IMG/VR virus record: IMGVR_UViG_3300036791_000400
Span: 2,650 to 66,649 of that record
Reading direction: 5' to 3' (one strand)
Origin: a virus
DNA: 64,000 nucleotides
The notes below the pieces were generated by a model, which was not told the DNA's origin, searched no databases, and saw nothing but the letters and a program-made list of their open reading frames with translations. Of the stretch, positions 9,108-19,138 are shown in pieces. How positions within the stretch are numbered: the stretch's first letter is position 1; every line of letters begins with the position of its first letter. Both the position numbers and the translations under genes were made by a program.

Positions 9108-9529
9108 AGAAGCCCGCGCGCCGGATCAAACGCTACGACGCGGGCGGCCCGGTGTATGGCACCGGCAGCGAGCAGGACCCCGGGCCGGTCAAGCCCGGCG
9201 GCGGGGGCGGTTCGGTGATGGATCGCACCATGAGCGCGGTGAAAACGGGCATGATGGCGAGCAAGCTGGCCAGCCAGTACGGCGGTGGCCTGGGCGGTTC
9301 CAGCTCGTCGGGGTCACAGTCACCCACCGAGGGCACCGATCTGGGGGGTTTGTACAAAAAGGGTGGCAAAATCACCCGTGTGGCCGGCAAGCCAATCGGT
9401 AAAGAGGACGGCCTGATCGCCGCCCAGAAGGGCGAGTATGTGATCAGGAAATCCGCTGCGAAGAAGCTGGGCACCGGTGTGCTGAACACCATCAACCGGG
9501 GCAAGCTCCCGAAGGCCAAGGGCCGGTGA
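9104..9529 (+). CDS. Basic Gly-rich protein
   Basis: Coupled ORF; YKKGG and GEYVIRKSAAKKLG..VL..IN motifs. Confidence 0.7.
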   Translation: MKKPARRIKRYDAGGPVYGTGSEQDPGPVKPGGGGGSVMDRTMSAVKTGMMASKLASQYGGGLGGSSSSGSQSPTEGTDLGGLYKKGGKITRVAGKPIGKEDGLIAAQKGEYVIRKSAAKKLGTGVLNTINRGKLPKAKGR

Positions 9530-9530
9530 C

Positions 9531-9896
9531 ATGCCTACCTTCGGTGACCTGATTGGCGAGGCGCGCACCGTGTTGCAGGACAAGCAGCCCACGTCCGACA
9601 ACCAGCTGCGCTACTCGGACGATGAGCTGTTCGAGGGGATCAACCGGTTCATGGTCGAGGTGCGCACCAAGCGCCCGGACATCTTCCTGCCGTTAGGGCT
9701 GCGCGTGCCGGTGCCCAGCTACACCGCCGGGAACAACATGACCACGGCGTTCCCGCTGGATATGAGCGTCTATACCGCGTTTGTCTACTATCTGGTCGGC
9801 ATATCGGAACTCCGCGAGGACACGTTCAGCGACGACAGCCGCGCGGTGGCGATGCTGAATAAGGCGGTGACCCAGCTGTTGTCGGTGCAAAGTTAA
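9531..9896 (+). CDS. Probable head-tail adaptor
   Basis: AR..LQD...RYSDDEL...N.......KRPD pattern typical of podovirus adaptors. Confidence 0.6.
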   Translation: MPTFGDLIGEARTVLQDKQPTSDNQLRYSDDELFEGINRFMVEVRTKRPDIFLPLGLRVPVPSYTAGNNMTTAFPLDMSVYTAFVYYLVGISELREDTFSDDSRAVAMLNKAVTQLLSVQS

Positions 9897-9911
9897 TCAG
9901 GGGATGCCAGC

Positions 9912-12284
9912 ATGAGCGCGCAGCTATCAATCAAGCGTCCCACGCCGATGCTGCGCAGCAGCCAGCAATCCGTCGAGGTGGGCACCGAGCCCAACTGGCC
10001 GCCCGGTTATGTGCCCTCGGCGACCGAGTGGAACGCCTGGTGGGCGCTCAAACTTGACGCCAGCAATCCCGACATCCAGGGCGGTCCCTTTGTATCGCTG
10101 AACGGTGGCACCATGACGGGTGCCCTGATACTGGCGTCCGACCCGTCACAGCCTACGGGCGCGGCGACCAAACAATACGTGGACAGCAAGATCGCCGGCG
10201 GGGCGCCGGTGCTGAGCGTCGCCGGGCGCACCGGCAACGTGGTGCTGAACCACGTGGATATCGCTGACTGGGTGACGGCTACCAACGCTTTCATCAGCAC
10301 CCTGCCGCTGGCGTCCACTACCGTAGTGGGTGGTGTGAAAGTCGACGGCACCACGATCCACATCGACGGGACCGGGGTGATATCGTCGAGCGGGACTTCT
10401 GGCGTATCCAGTTTCAACACCCGTACCGGTCCGGTGGTGCTGACCTCGGGTGATGTCACCACGGCGCTGACCTTCACACCCTATAACGCGACCAACCCGA
10501 CCGGGTTCCAGACCGCCGCCCAGGTCACCACGGCGATCGCCGGCACTGCGTCCAATACGCTGCCGATCGTGGCTGGAACTGCGACTGCTGGCACCCTGGG
10601 GACGTTCGCACGTGGTGATCATGCTCACCCGGTGGACACTTCGCGCTACGCGGCCAGCAATCCGTCAGGGTTCCAGACCGCCGCGCAGGTCACTGCGACA
10701 CTCAACAGCACCTCGGTATTACTGAGTTCGGTCGGAAACGCCAACGGCGTCGCGGGCCTGGACGCGACCGGGCATGTTCCTGCGGCCCAGCTGCCGCCGA
10801 GCGGGACCCTGCCGGTTGCTTCGACCACTGTGCTGGGTGGCGTGAAGATCGACGGCACCACGGTGACGATCAATGGCTCGGGAGTGATCTCGGCGACCGG
10901 CGCCGGCGGCGGGTCTGGCTACCTTCCGCTGGGTGGCGGCGCGCTGACCGGTGCGCTGTCGATCACCAACACGGTGACGCCGCAGCTGAGCCTGATCGGG
11001 TCCGGCGCCGGTGCGGTGCTGAACCTGGCAGGCCCGGCCGGCAACCTGCGTGCCGAGCAGTATTATACCGGCACCGTCGCGACGGCCAATCTGCGCTGGA
11101 CGATCGGCGCCGATACCGGCGCCGAGAGCGGTTCCAACAACGGCTCGTCGTTCATACTCGCTGCGTACACCGACGGCGGCGCCCCACTCGCCACGGTGCT
11201 GAGTGCCAACCGCAACGCCCTTGCCGTCACGATGGGTTGGCAGCTGATCCTGCCGGGCAACCCGACTTCGGCACTCGGTGCGGCGCCTCGGCAATACGTG
11301 GTGCCGCTGGCCGGTGGCACGATGACCGGGATACTCACGCTGAGCGGCAACCCGGTGGGTAATCTGGACGCCGCCACCAAACAGTACGTGGACGGTAAGA
11401 CCTATCCCTATGTGGCGCTGGCGGGTAGCACCATGACTGGTGCGCTCGTCCTTAATGCTGATCCCGCCGTGGCCTTAGGGGCAGCGACCAAGCAATACGT
11501 TGACAACGCGATCAGCGGTGCCGGCACGGGGGTGTTCCTGTTGCTGAGCGGCGGCACGCTGACCGGCGCGCTCACTCTCAACGCTGACCCGACGCTCGCG
11601 CTGCACGCGGCGACCAAGCGCTATGTGGATAACAAGACCTATCCGTATCTCCTGCTCATCGGCGGCACGCTGACCGGGGACTTAGTACTGTTTCGTGATC
11701 CTTCGCTGGCACTTGGTGCGGCCACCAAGCAGTACGTGGACGCCAAGGTAGGCAGCATCAACGCGGTGCTGATCACCGGCAGCACGATGACCGGTGCGCT
11801 GACGCTCGCGAGCGATCCGGGAGCACCCTTGCAGGCAACGACCAAGCAATACACCGACCGGCTGCGGGTGGGCACCCCGACCAATGACAACGCCGCAGCT
11901 GGCATGATCGGTGAGTTCCTGAGCGCCTCGTTTACCGCGATAACGCTTACCACCGCCACAGTCACGAACATCGGCACGCTGACGCTGACCGCCGGTGACT
12001 GGGATGTCGAAGGCAACGTCCAGTTCATCATTACCGGGAACGGCACCGGCGGGCTGAACAGCTGGGTGTCGCAGACTTCGACGACGCTGCCGGCTACACC
12101 GGCCGGTTTCGCATCGATGGTGATTGATGGGACCCGAGGCAGCATAACCGGCTCGGCGATGCCGACCGGCGCGCTGCGGGTGTCATTGGCGGCGTCGGCG
12201 ATAATTTATCTGGAAACGCAAGCGTACTTCAACGCTGGCACGGTCAGTGCCGGAGGCTACCTACGGGCGCGACGCGCGCGGTAA
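9912..12284 (+). CDS. Tail fibre protein 1
   Basis: About seven G(G/S)T(M/L)TG.L.L..DP...L.AATKQYVD repeats; Thr/Gly-rich. Confidence 0.85.
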   Translation: MSAQLSIKRPTPMLRSSQQSVEVGTEPNWPPGYVPSATEWNAWWALKLDASNPDIQGGPFVSLNGGTMTGALILASDPSQPTGAATKQYVDSKIAGGAPVLSVAGRTGNVVLNHVDIADWVTATNAFISTLPLASTTVVGGVKVDGTTIHIDGTGVISSSGTSGVSSFNTRTGPVVLTSGDVTTALTFTPYNATNPTGFQTAAQVTTAIAGTASNTLPIVAGTATAGTLGTFARGDHAHPVDTSRYAASNPSGFQTAAQVTATLNSTSVLLSSVGNANGVAGLDATGHVPAAQLPPSGTLPVASTTVLGGVKIDGTTVTINGSGVISATGAGGGSGYLPLGGGALTGALSITNTVTPQLSLIGSGAGAVLNLAGPAGNLRAEQYYTGTVATANLRWTIGADTGAESGSNNGSSFILAAYTDGGAPLATVLSANRNALAVTMGWQLILPGNPTSALGAAPRQYVVPLAGGTMTGILTLSGNPVGNLDAATKQYVDGKTYPYVALAGSTMTGALVLNADPAVALGAATKQYVDNAISGAGTGVFLLLSGGTLTGALTLNADPTLALHAATKRYVDNKTYPYLLLIGGTLTGDLVLFRDPSLALGAATKQYVDAKVGSINAVLITGSTMTGALTLASDPGAPLQATTKQYTDRLRVGTPTNDNAAAGMIGEFLSASFTAITLTTATVTNIGTLTLTAGDWDVEGNVQFIITGNGTGGLNSWVSQTSTTLPATPAGFASMVIDGTRGSITGSAMPTGALRVSLAASAIIYLETQAYFNAGTVSAGGYLRARRAR

Positions 12285-12298
12285 CAGAGGAGATTACT

Positions 12299-12532
12299 AT
12301 GCACAACCCGACCGACATGCTGAGCATCAACCTGCAAGCGCAGGAATGGAACGTGGTGCTGGCGGCGCTGATGGAGGCGCCGTATCGGATATCCAACCCG
12401 CTGATTGAGAAGATCACCGGCCAGGCACGCGAACTGGCGAGTGAAGCATCTACTACCGTAGTGACGCCGCCGTCACGGTCCAACGGTAGCGGGCGGCTGC
12501 ACGAGATCATCGACGAGCTGCCTCGCCGATGA
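12299..12532 (+). CDS. Small protein, possible fibre assembly factor
   Basis: GAGGAG SD; follows fibre gene. Confidence 0.65.
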   Translation: MHNPTDMLSINLQAQEWNVVLAALMEAPYRISNPLIEKITGQARELASEASTTVVTPPSRSNGSGRLHEIIDELPRR

Positions 12533-13194
12533 GCTACAGCTCCGCAATCGGCACGTTCTCGATCGGTAACAGCCCGATCGAGGGCGTGCCCTTGGCACCG
12601 TCGGCTCTTGGAGCCGCCGCACTGGAGCGGCTGTACGACCAGGTGCAGACCACATTGCCATCGATCACGCTGCCGATCATCGACATGATGTTGTGGAACG
12701 CGGTCGAGGAGTTCTGCATCCGGGGTTTGTATCTGCGGGCGAACGTCTACTGGCAGATGGCGCAGGGCGTGAACTCAGTGGACTTCAACCCGTTCAGCGC
12801 CACCATGGTGGTGGTCTGGGTGATTGATTTCTCCGGGCTGAACCAGTGGGAGATTAACCCGCCGGCACAGGTGGTTGACCTGCTGCAACCGAATACCGGG
12901 CGCAACGGGTCGGCGGTCCTGGTGCTCAAGCCGGTATCGCTGGAGGTGGTCAAGGAGGGCTTCACCCCGGAGCTGTTCACCACCTGGTACGAGACCATGG
13001 TGGACGGCACGCTGTTCCGGCTCTACGGCATCCCGGCCCGGCCGTGGTCCAGCCCGCAGCTGGCGCAGTATCACGGCACGCGCTACCGCCAGGGCATCAT
13101 GCGCGCCCGCGACATCGCCGAGCGCCTGCATTCGCAGCAGCAGTCACCCCGGCGGACGTATCCCTATTACGCACGCGGAAGGCGCAAGAATTAA
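12529..13194 (+). CDS. Probable tail adaptor / tubular protein A
   Basis: L.NA..EFC and G.L.RL...P..PWS.P.LA..H motifs. Confidence 0.65.
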   Translation: MSYSSAIGTFSIGNSPIEGVPLAPSALGAAALERLYDQVQTTLPSITLPIIDMMLWNAVEEFCIRGLYLRANVYWQMAQGVNSVDFNPFSATMVVVWVIDFSGLNQWEINPPAQVVDLLQPNTGRNGSAVLVLKPVSLEVVKEGFTPELFTTWYETMVDGTLFRLYGIPARPWSSPQLAQYHGTRYRQGIMRARDIAERLHSQQQSPRRTYPYYARGRRKN

Positions 13195-15375
13195 ATGCTG
13201 GTCGATCGCATCTCCAAGGAGACTACCGACCGCTCCCGCGTGATCGTGGACATGACGTGGTGGCTGGACCAGGGCGAGGTGATCACCGACATCGTGTCCA
13301 GCAAGATCGTGCTGGGCACCACCGGGTGGTCAGAGGCGCCCTATGGTCCGCCGGGATCGCCGCTTCCGTTTGATCCGACGCCGCTGGAGTTCGCGTTCAC
13401 CGGGGTGCTGGTCGGCGGCACCAGCTTCGAGACCTTCGTCGACTACGGCACGCCGGGAAATGTATATACCTGCCAGTTCGTGCTGGATGGCACGTCCGAG
13501 CGTCGCGTCACACTCGAAGTCGGTGTGCAGATAGCGGGCCAGCCACCGGCCGCGCCACCCTATATCCCGATCTCGTCGCAGCCCCCGGGTGCATTGCCCA
13601 TCACGGGCGGCACGCTGACCGGGCCGTTGTATCTGTACCAGGACCCGCTGTTCGCCACCGAGGCGGCGACCAAGCACTACGTGGACGCAGGGGATGCCGC
13701 AGCGACCGCTGTGGCGAACGCGGCGGTGAAGCGCGCCGGCGACACTATGAGCGGGCTGTTGCTCCTGAGCGGCGATCCGGTGGCGCCCCTGGGTGCTGCG
13801 ACCAAAGCATACGTGGATAGTAACCTGACGCTGGCGGTGGCGAACAAATTCTTGCCTCTGACCGGTGGGACGCTATCGGGTAACCTGGTCGTCGCATCGA
13901 CCACGATCGCGTTCGGTAATCCTCCCGGACCCCAGCTATACGCCGATGGGGTCGGCGCTGCGCTGGTGTTCTCGGCTGATCATTTCGAGTGGTATTTCAA
14001 CCGGGGCAGTCTGCGGCTGAGCTATTTCAACAACGCCAGTACCGAGTTGGTGGGGATTGATCACGCGGGCAGTATGGTGGTCGCAGGGCAGCTGAACGCC
14101 GCGCAGGGCGTCGCATACAGCAGCCTGAACAATTATATCTGGCGCTCGTTCGCCGATGCGTCGGGCAATTTGGTCACCGAGTATACCGGCAATGGCTGGT
14201 ATGATGTGTGGGAAGCTTCGGACGGTAAGCGCATCTGGCACGGTCCTCCGAACGCCAATCTGATGACGCTGGACGGCGCCGGCAACTTAATTGCAAATGC
14301 AACTATCACGTCGCAGAACGGTCGGATCATCGCGGAGCGCTCAGACGGCAACGCACCGACGATCACCTCGTGGGATACGCAACACAACGTCGCGGCCGGG
14401 ATGTTTGTGAACTCCGCTGGGGGCCTGTGCTTCGGTCCGATGGACGGTAGCGGCAACCCTGGGGCTGCCAGTGCCCTGTTTGCCGTGATGGACACTGACG
14501 GACACATGTTGGTGCCCGGGGGGGTTTCGTTCACGTCCAACGGCAGCTACGAGTTCACTGCCTACGACGATAGTTCGAACAATCATATCATCCAGTACCG
14601 GGGCGGCGGCTGGTTTGACCGCTGGCGCAGCGCTGACGGCACGCGTGAGTGGTCGACCAACAACGGCGTCATGATGACGCTGGACGGCAATGGTTCGCTG
14701 GTCGTGCAGGGCATCGTCGTCAATAATCAGCTTAGTGCGACCAATCTGGTCGCCAGCGCCACGGTGACCGGTGCTACGGTGCACTCGACGGGCGATGTGG
14801 TTGCCGATGGCGCGGTGCATTCCGCCGGGCCGGTGTCAGCCGGGAACGATCCTAATTTCGCGCTGTTCATGGATGGCGGCGGCAATCGCTATGTGCAGTT
14901 TCAGGGCAACTATTTTTTCCAGTTCAACACCTCGAACGGCCAGCTGGTCTGGAACAACGGTGGTAGTTTCGGGTTTCAGTACACCGCCAGCAACGATACG
15001 TTCGAAGTTCATGGCACCTACGCCCTCAAGCCGGGCGGCGGTCCCTGGGCGGCCAGCTCGGACGCACGCATCAAGACGGTGCACGGGGATTACCCGGTGG
15101 GGCTGGCCGAGCTGCTGCGTCTGAACCCGTGCTACTACACCTACAATGCAGATGCGCCGGGCAAAACATATGTCGGTCTGGTAGCGCAGGAGGTTGAGGC
15201 GGTGCTGCCTGATCTAGTGACGCAGGTGCCAGGACAGGTCGGCCATACGATGGTGAACGACCTGCGCATACTTGATACCGGGCCGTTGTTGTTCGCGGTG
15301 CTCAACGCGCTCAAGGAACTCGACGACCGGTTACGAACACTGGAAACCAACACCACAGGAGATCAACATGGCTAA
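13195..15375 (+). CDS. Tail fibre protein 2 with C-terminal peptidase S74-like chaperone
   Basis: AATK.YVD repeats; SDARIK...L.RLNP..Y.Y...GLVAQEVEAVLP and terminal coiled coil. Confidence 0.85.
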   Translation: MLVDRISKETTDRSRVIVDMTWWLDQGEVITDIVSSKIVLGTTGWSEAPYGPPGSPLPFDPTPLEFAFTGVLVGGTSFETFVDYGTPGNVYTCQFVLDGTSERRVTLEVGVQIAGQPPAAPPYIPISSQPPGALPITGGTLTGPLYLYQDPLFATEAATKHYVDAGDAAATAVANAAVKRAGDTMSGLLLLSGDPVAPLGAATKAYVDSNLTLAVANKFLPLTGGTLSGNLVVASTTIAFGNPPGPQLYADGVGAALVFSADHFEWYFNRGSLRLSYFNNASTELVGIDHAGSMVVAGQLNAAQGVAYSSLNNYIWRSFADASGNLVTEYTGNGWYDVWEASDGKRIWHGPPNANLMTLDGAGNLIANATITSQNGRIIAERSDGNAPTITSWDTQHNVAAGMFVNSAGGLCFGPMDGSGNPGAASALFAVMDTDGHMLVPGGVSFTSNGSYEFTAYDDSSNNHIIQYRGGGWFDRWRSADGTREWSTNNGVMMTLDGNGSLVVQGIVVNNQLSATNLVASATVTGATVHSTGDVVADGAVHSAGPVSAGNDPNFALFMDGGGNRYVQFQGNYFFQFNTSNGQLVWNNGGSFGFQYTASNDTFEVHGTYALKPGGGPWAASSDARIKTVHGDYPVGLAELLRLNPCYYTYNADAPGKTYVGLVAQEVEAVLPDLVTQVPGQVGHTMVNDLRILDTGPLLFAVLNALKELDDRLRTLETNTTGDQHG

Positions 15376-15583
15376 GCCGAAATCCGGACCGAAGGACGTT
15401 GACGAAGCTTCGCGGGGTAGCTCGCCGTCGCGCAACGTACCCGGTGGCCCCGGGCATTCATTTGCGCAGATGCCGATCCCGGGACCCAGCTCGCCGGGCC
15501 AGCCGACCAGTATGAAGAAAGCGCTGGCCAAGAAGCGCGTGCCGGGTGGCGACGTGACCGGCAACCCCGGTCTGGTGCGCTGA
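15368..15583 (+). CDS. Small basic Pro/Gly-rich protein
   Basis: AGGAG SD before MAKPKSGPKD. Confidence 0.65.
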   Translation: MAKPKSGPKDVDEASRGSSPSRNVPGGPGHSFAQMPIPGPSSPGQPTSMKKALAKKRVPGGDVTGNPGLVR

Positions 15584-15608
15584 TCCTTTCACTACAGGAG
15601 TAACCCTG

Positions 15609-15983
15609 ATGCCGTCTTATCTGTATGGTAACGGATCGTTCTTTCCGAACGGTTATCCGATCGTCCGGGCACCGACCACCGGCCAGACGATCTCACTGCC
15701 CAAGGGCACTGAGGATGTCTACCTCAACCCGGCCGGCACGCTGGCGACGCTGACGATCAATCTGCCGCCGCGCCCGCTGCCGGGTGTGACCATCTCGATC
15801 GCGTCGTCGCAGACCATCACCACACTGACTGTGCATAATGCAACGGGCGGTGTGGTGGCCGGCGCGCCGACCACGCTGGCGCCCAACACCAACATCTATT
15901 TTGTGTGGATCAACAACGCCTGGGTGACCATGGCCAACATCCAGTCAGCTCCGGTGGCAGCGGCGGCCACAGCACACGGCTGA
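15609..15983 (+). CDS. Small beta-rich virion protein
   Basis: AGGAG SD; PAGTLATLTINLP motif. Confidence 0.7.
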   Translation: MPSYLYGNGSFFPNGYPIVRAPTTGQTISLPKGTEDVYLNPAGTLATLTINLPPRPLPGVTISIASSQTITTLTVHNATGGVVAGAPTTLAPNTNIYFVWINNAWVTMANIQSAPVAAAATAHG

Positions 15984-15987
15984 GGGG

Positions 15988-16221
15988 GTGAGCATGAGCC
16001 TGCATCCATCCACCTTCGAATACCTCAAGCCGACCGACACGCAGATGGACCTGATGGGCCGGGTGCGCATGCTGTTCGCGCAGTTCGTGACTAATCTGGA
16101 TCACGAGCTGCCGGAGGGTCCGGACAAGACCTACGTCATGCGCCAGCTGCGTGACTGCGCGATGTGGGCCAACGTGAGCATCACGCGCACCGCCGACGGC
16201 ACGCCCAGACGAGGGGAGTAA
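15988..16221 (+). CDS. Acb2/Tad1-like helical hairpin protein, candidate anti-defence nucleotide sponge
   Basis: FEYLKPTDTQMDLMGRVR...P.GPDK......L....MWAN.SI.R pattern. Confidence 0.6.
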   Translation: MSMSLHPSTFEYLKPTDTQMDLMGRVRMLFAQFVTNLDHELPEGPDKTYVMRQLRDCAMWANVSITRTADGTPRRGE

Positions 16222-16226
16222 GTGCG

Positions 16227-16397
16227 ATGTCACCGCTCGCGCTCATCCTGATCATCGTGCTGCTCGTCGTGGTGCTAGGCGGCGGGTACGGCTACCGCAC
16301 CTATGGCGCGGTGTATCCCTATTACGGACCCGGGATGGGGATCATCGGCGTCGTACTCGTGGTGCTGATCGTGCTTCTGCTGATGGGGCGGTTGTGA
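16227..16397 (+). CDS. Small two-TM membrane protein (DUF3309-like)
   Basis: GAGGGGAG SD; hydrophobic-GGGYGY-hydrophobic-LLMGRL. Confidence 0.7.
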   Translation: MSPLALILIIVLLVVVLGGGYGYRTYGAVYPYYGPGMGIIGVVLVVLIVLLLMGRL

Positions 16398-16573
16398 TGC
16401 CGGCGGTTGGCACCCCCGATCAGAAGAAGAAACAAATCTTCGACGAGTTCAAGGCGGGCACGCTGCACTCGGGCCGTGGCGGCAAGACCAAACCGGCGCC
16501 TCTGGTGAAGAACAAACGTCAGGCGATTGCGATCGCGCTGAACACGGCGCGTGGAAGCAAGAGGAAATCATGA
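16397..16573 (+). CDS. 58-aa basic protein (DUF6496-like)
   Basis: Read by hand: EFKAGTLHSG...VKNKRQAIAIAL; overlaps both neighbours. Confidence 0.7.
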   Translation: MPAVGTPDQKKKQIFDEFKAGTLHSGRGGKTKPAPLVKNKRQAIAIALNTARGSKRKS

Positions 16574-16806
16574 TCAGCTCACCTTGGTTCACTACGGTAG
16601 GGATTGCTATGGTGCTGGGCACCGCCCTCGGTGTGTGGCTGGCGATGGGGTTCGCGCTGGGCCAGGTGCCCCGCACCCCGCCCAAGACCGTAGTGGGTTA
16701 CTACGTGGTGGCGGTGTGCGGCACGCTGCCGGCGCCCGCCTATGTGGCCGGCAGCTACGCGGCACCCACGATCGACGTGACCGGCAAGCTGTGTGTGAAC
16801 CAGTAA
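16570..16806 (+). CDS. Small membrane-anchored protein
   Basis: N-terminal TM segment, two Cys; ATGA overlap. Confidence 0.6.
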   Translation: MISSPWFTTVGIAMVLGTALGVWLAMGFALGQVPRTPPKTVVGYYVVAVCGTLPAPAYVAGSYAAPTIDVTGKLCVNQ

Positions 16807-16809
16807 CCG

Positions 16810-17235
16810 ATGGCTGACGCGCGGAAAATCTTCATCCCGGCGGTGCTGGCTCCGACCGAGCCGAGCACGCGGTTCCGCGTGCAGCAGCCGGGCAGTCCGT
16901 TCGTCTACCAGACCTCGATGGAGACGTTCGCCGAGACCCTGCCACCGCCTGGCATTCCCGACGCACCGATCGACAAGGAAACCTATGGCCGCCAGGGGGG
17001 TAAGTGGAACGAGGTGCTGCCGGTTGACGGCGGCACGCTCACCGGGCCGCTGATACTGGACGGCGATCCGGTCGCCCCGCTGGAGGCCGCGACCAAGGAA
17101 TACGTGGACAATCATAGCGGTTCCGGTGGCATTCCCGAAGCACCCATGGATCATCTGAGCTACGGCCGGATGGATGCGGACTGGACGCGCGTGCTGGCGA
17201 TCAACGGTGATTTGCTGGACGGGGGGAATTTTTAG
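16810..17235 (+). CDS. Short fibre/adaptor with two foldon-like motifs
   Basis: IPDAPIDKETYGRQGGKW and IPEAPMDHLSYGRMDADW flank one AATKEYVD repeat; ends DGGNF. Confidence 0.75.
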   Translation: MADARKIFIPAVLAPTEPSTRFRVQQPGSPFVYQTSMETFAETLPPPGIPDAPIDKETYGRQGGKWNEVLPVDGGTLTGPLILDGDPVAPLEAATKEYVDNHSGSGGIPEAPMDHLSYGRMDADWTRVLAINGDLLDGGNF

Positions 17236-19137
17236 ATGGCTGATGTCCTTCGGATCAAGCGCCGGCTGAGCGGTGCTCCCGGCGCACCGGCATCGCTGGC
17301 CAACGCCGAGCTTGCCTACAACGAAGTCGACCACACGCTCTATTACGGCGAAGGCACCGGTGGTTCGGGCGGCTCTGCGACCGTAGTCGTACCCATTGGC
17401 GGCAACGGCGTGTCGTCCAGCGCCCTGCCGGCGATGAACGGTGCGGCGGCGGCAGGCACCGCGACCGCATGGTCACGCGGTGATCACGTTCACCCGTCCG
17501 ATACCTCGCGCGCACCGCTCGCGTCACCGGCGTTCACCGGCACACCCACGGCGCCGACCGCTTCCCCGGGCACGGTCAGCACCACGCAGATCGCCACCAC
17601 TGCGTTCGTCCAGTCGGCGGTCGCTGCGGTCTCGGCCGGTGTCACCAATATCACCGCCGGCACCGGCCTGACCGGCGGCGGCTCCGGTGCGGTCACCCTG
17701 AGTGTGCTGACTTCGGGCATCACCAACGCGCTGTTGGCGAACATGCCGTTGCAGACCATCAAGGGCAACAACACCGGCCTGGCCGGTGCCCCGGTGGACA
17801 TGACGGTGGCGCAGACCATGACGCTGCTGGGTGCAGCGCCGCTGGCCAACCCGACGTTCACCGGCACGGTGACCATACCGGCGGGCGCGGTGATCTCGGG
17901 CTACGCGCCGCTGGCCTCGCCCACGTTCACTGGCACACCCACACTGCCCACCGGCACGATCGGCGTCACCCAGACCTTCGGCACCAACACCACTGCGCTG
18001 GCCACCACAGCCTTCGTACAGGCCGCGCTGCCGATCGCCTCTGTGTCGGTGCCTCTCATGGACGGCACCGGTGCTGCGGGCTCTGCCACGGCCTGGGCGC
18101 GGGGTGATCACGTCCACCCGACCGACACGTCGCGCTACGCCGCGACCAACCCGAGCGGTTATCAGACCGCCGCGCAGGTAACCACGTCGCTTGGCCCCTA
18201 TGCGCTGCTGGCCAGTCCGGTGTTCACCGGCACCCCGCAGGCGCCGACCGCCGCCAACGGCACCAACACCACGCAGCTCGCCACCACCGCCTATGTGCTG
18301 GCGACCCGGCTGGATCAGCTCACCCCGCCGGCCAGCGCGGTGAACCTCAACAACGTCCGCATCCAGAACCTGGCCGACCCGGTGAACCCGCAGGACGCGT
18401 CCACCAAGAACTACGTGGACAATGTGGTTCAGGGTCTCGATGTCACCCTGCCGGTCAAGGTCGGCACCACCACCAACATCACGCTCTCCGGGCTCGCGAC
18501 GATCGACGGCGTGTCCGTGATAGCGGGTGACCGCGTGCTGGTGATGAACCAGACCACGGCTGCCAATAACGGCATCTACGTGGTGGCGGCCGGTGCCTGG
18601 ACCCGTTCGACCGATGCCGACACCTGGAACGAACTGGTCTCGTCATATTGCTTCGTCGAGATGGGCACGGCGAACGCTGATAACGGGTACGTCTGCACGG
18701 TCGATCCGGGCGGCACCCTGGGCACCACGCCGGTCACCTGGGTGCAATTCTCTGGCGCGGGTCAGATCACCGCCGGCAGCGGTCTGTCCAAGTCCGGCAA
18801 TACGCTGTCGGTGGTCGGCACCGCCAACCGGATCGCGGTCGGCGCTGCGGTTGACATCGCCGCCACCTATGTCGGACAGACCTCGCTTACTACGGTAGGG
18901 ACGATCGCGACCGGCACCTGGAACGGCACACCGGTCACGGTGGCGTTCGGCGGGTCCGGTGCGGCGACGCTTACCGGTTATCTCAAGGGTACCGGCACTA
19001 CACCGTTCACCGCCAGCGCCACGATCCCCAACGCCGATATTGCCGGGCTTGGCTCGATGGCGTTGCAGGCTGCCACCGCCGTGGCGATCACCGGAGGGAC
19101 CATCGACAACGTAGTTTTCGATATGGGAACATTTTAG
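17236..19137 (+). CDS. Tail fibre protein 3
   Basis: N-terminal LRIKRR...P..L.NAE.A.NE.D.TLYYG (Mtd_N-like); APLASP.FTGTP.APT repeats; GDRVLV.NQT....NGIYV domain. Confidence 0.85.
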   Translation: MADVLRIKRRLSGAPGAPASLANAELAYNEVDHTLYYGEGTGGSGGSATVVVPIGGNGVSSSALPAMNGAAAAGTATAWSRGDHVHPSDTSRAPLASPAFTGTPTAPTASPGTVSTTQIATTAFVQSAVAAVSAGVTNITAGTGLTGGGSGAVTLSVLTSGITNALLANMPLQTIKGNNTGLAGAPVDMTVAQTMTLLGAAPLANPTFTGTVTIPAGAVISGYAPLASPTFTGTPTLPTGTIGVTQTFGTNTTALATTAFVQAALPIASVSVPLMDGTGAAGSATAWARGDHVHPTDTSRYAATNPSGYQTAAQVTTSLGPYALLASPVFTGTPQAPTAANGTNTTQLATTAYVLATRLDQLTPPASAVNLNNVRIQNLADPVNPQDASTKNYVDNVVQGLDVTLPVKVGTTTNITLSGLATIDGVSVIAGDRVLVMNQTTAANNGIYVVAAGAWTRSTDADTWNELVSSYCFVEMGTANADNGYVCTVDPGGTLGTTPVTWVQFSGAGQITAGSGLSKSGNTLSVVGTANRIAVGAAVDIAATYVGQTSLTTVGTIATGTWNGTPVTVAFGGSGAATLTGYLKGTGTTPFTASATIPNADIAGLGSMALQAATAVAITGGTIDNVVFDMGTF

Positions 19138-19138
19138 A

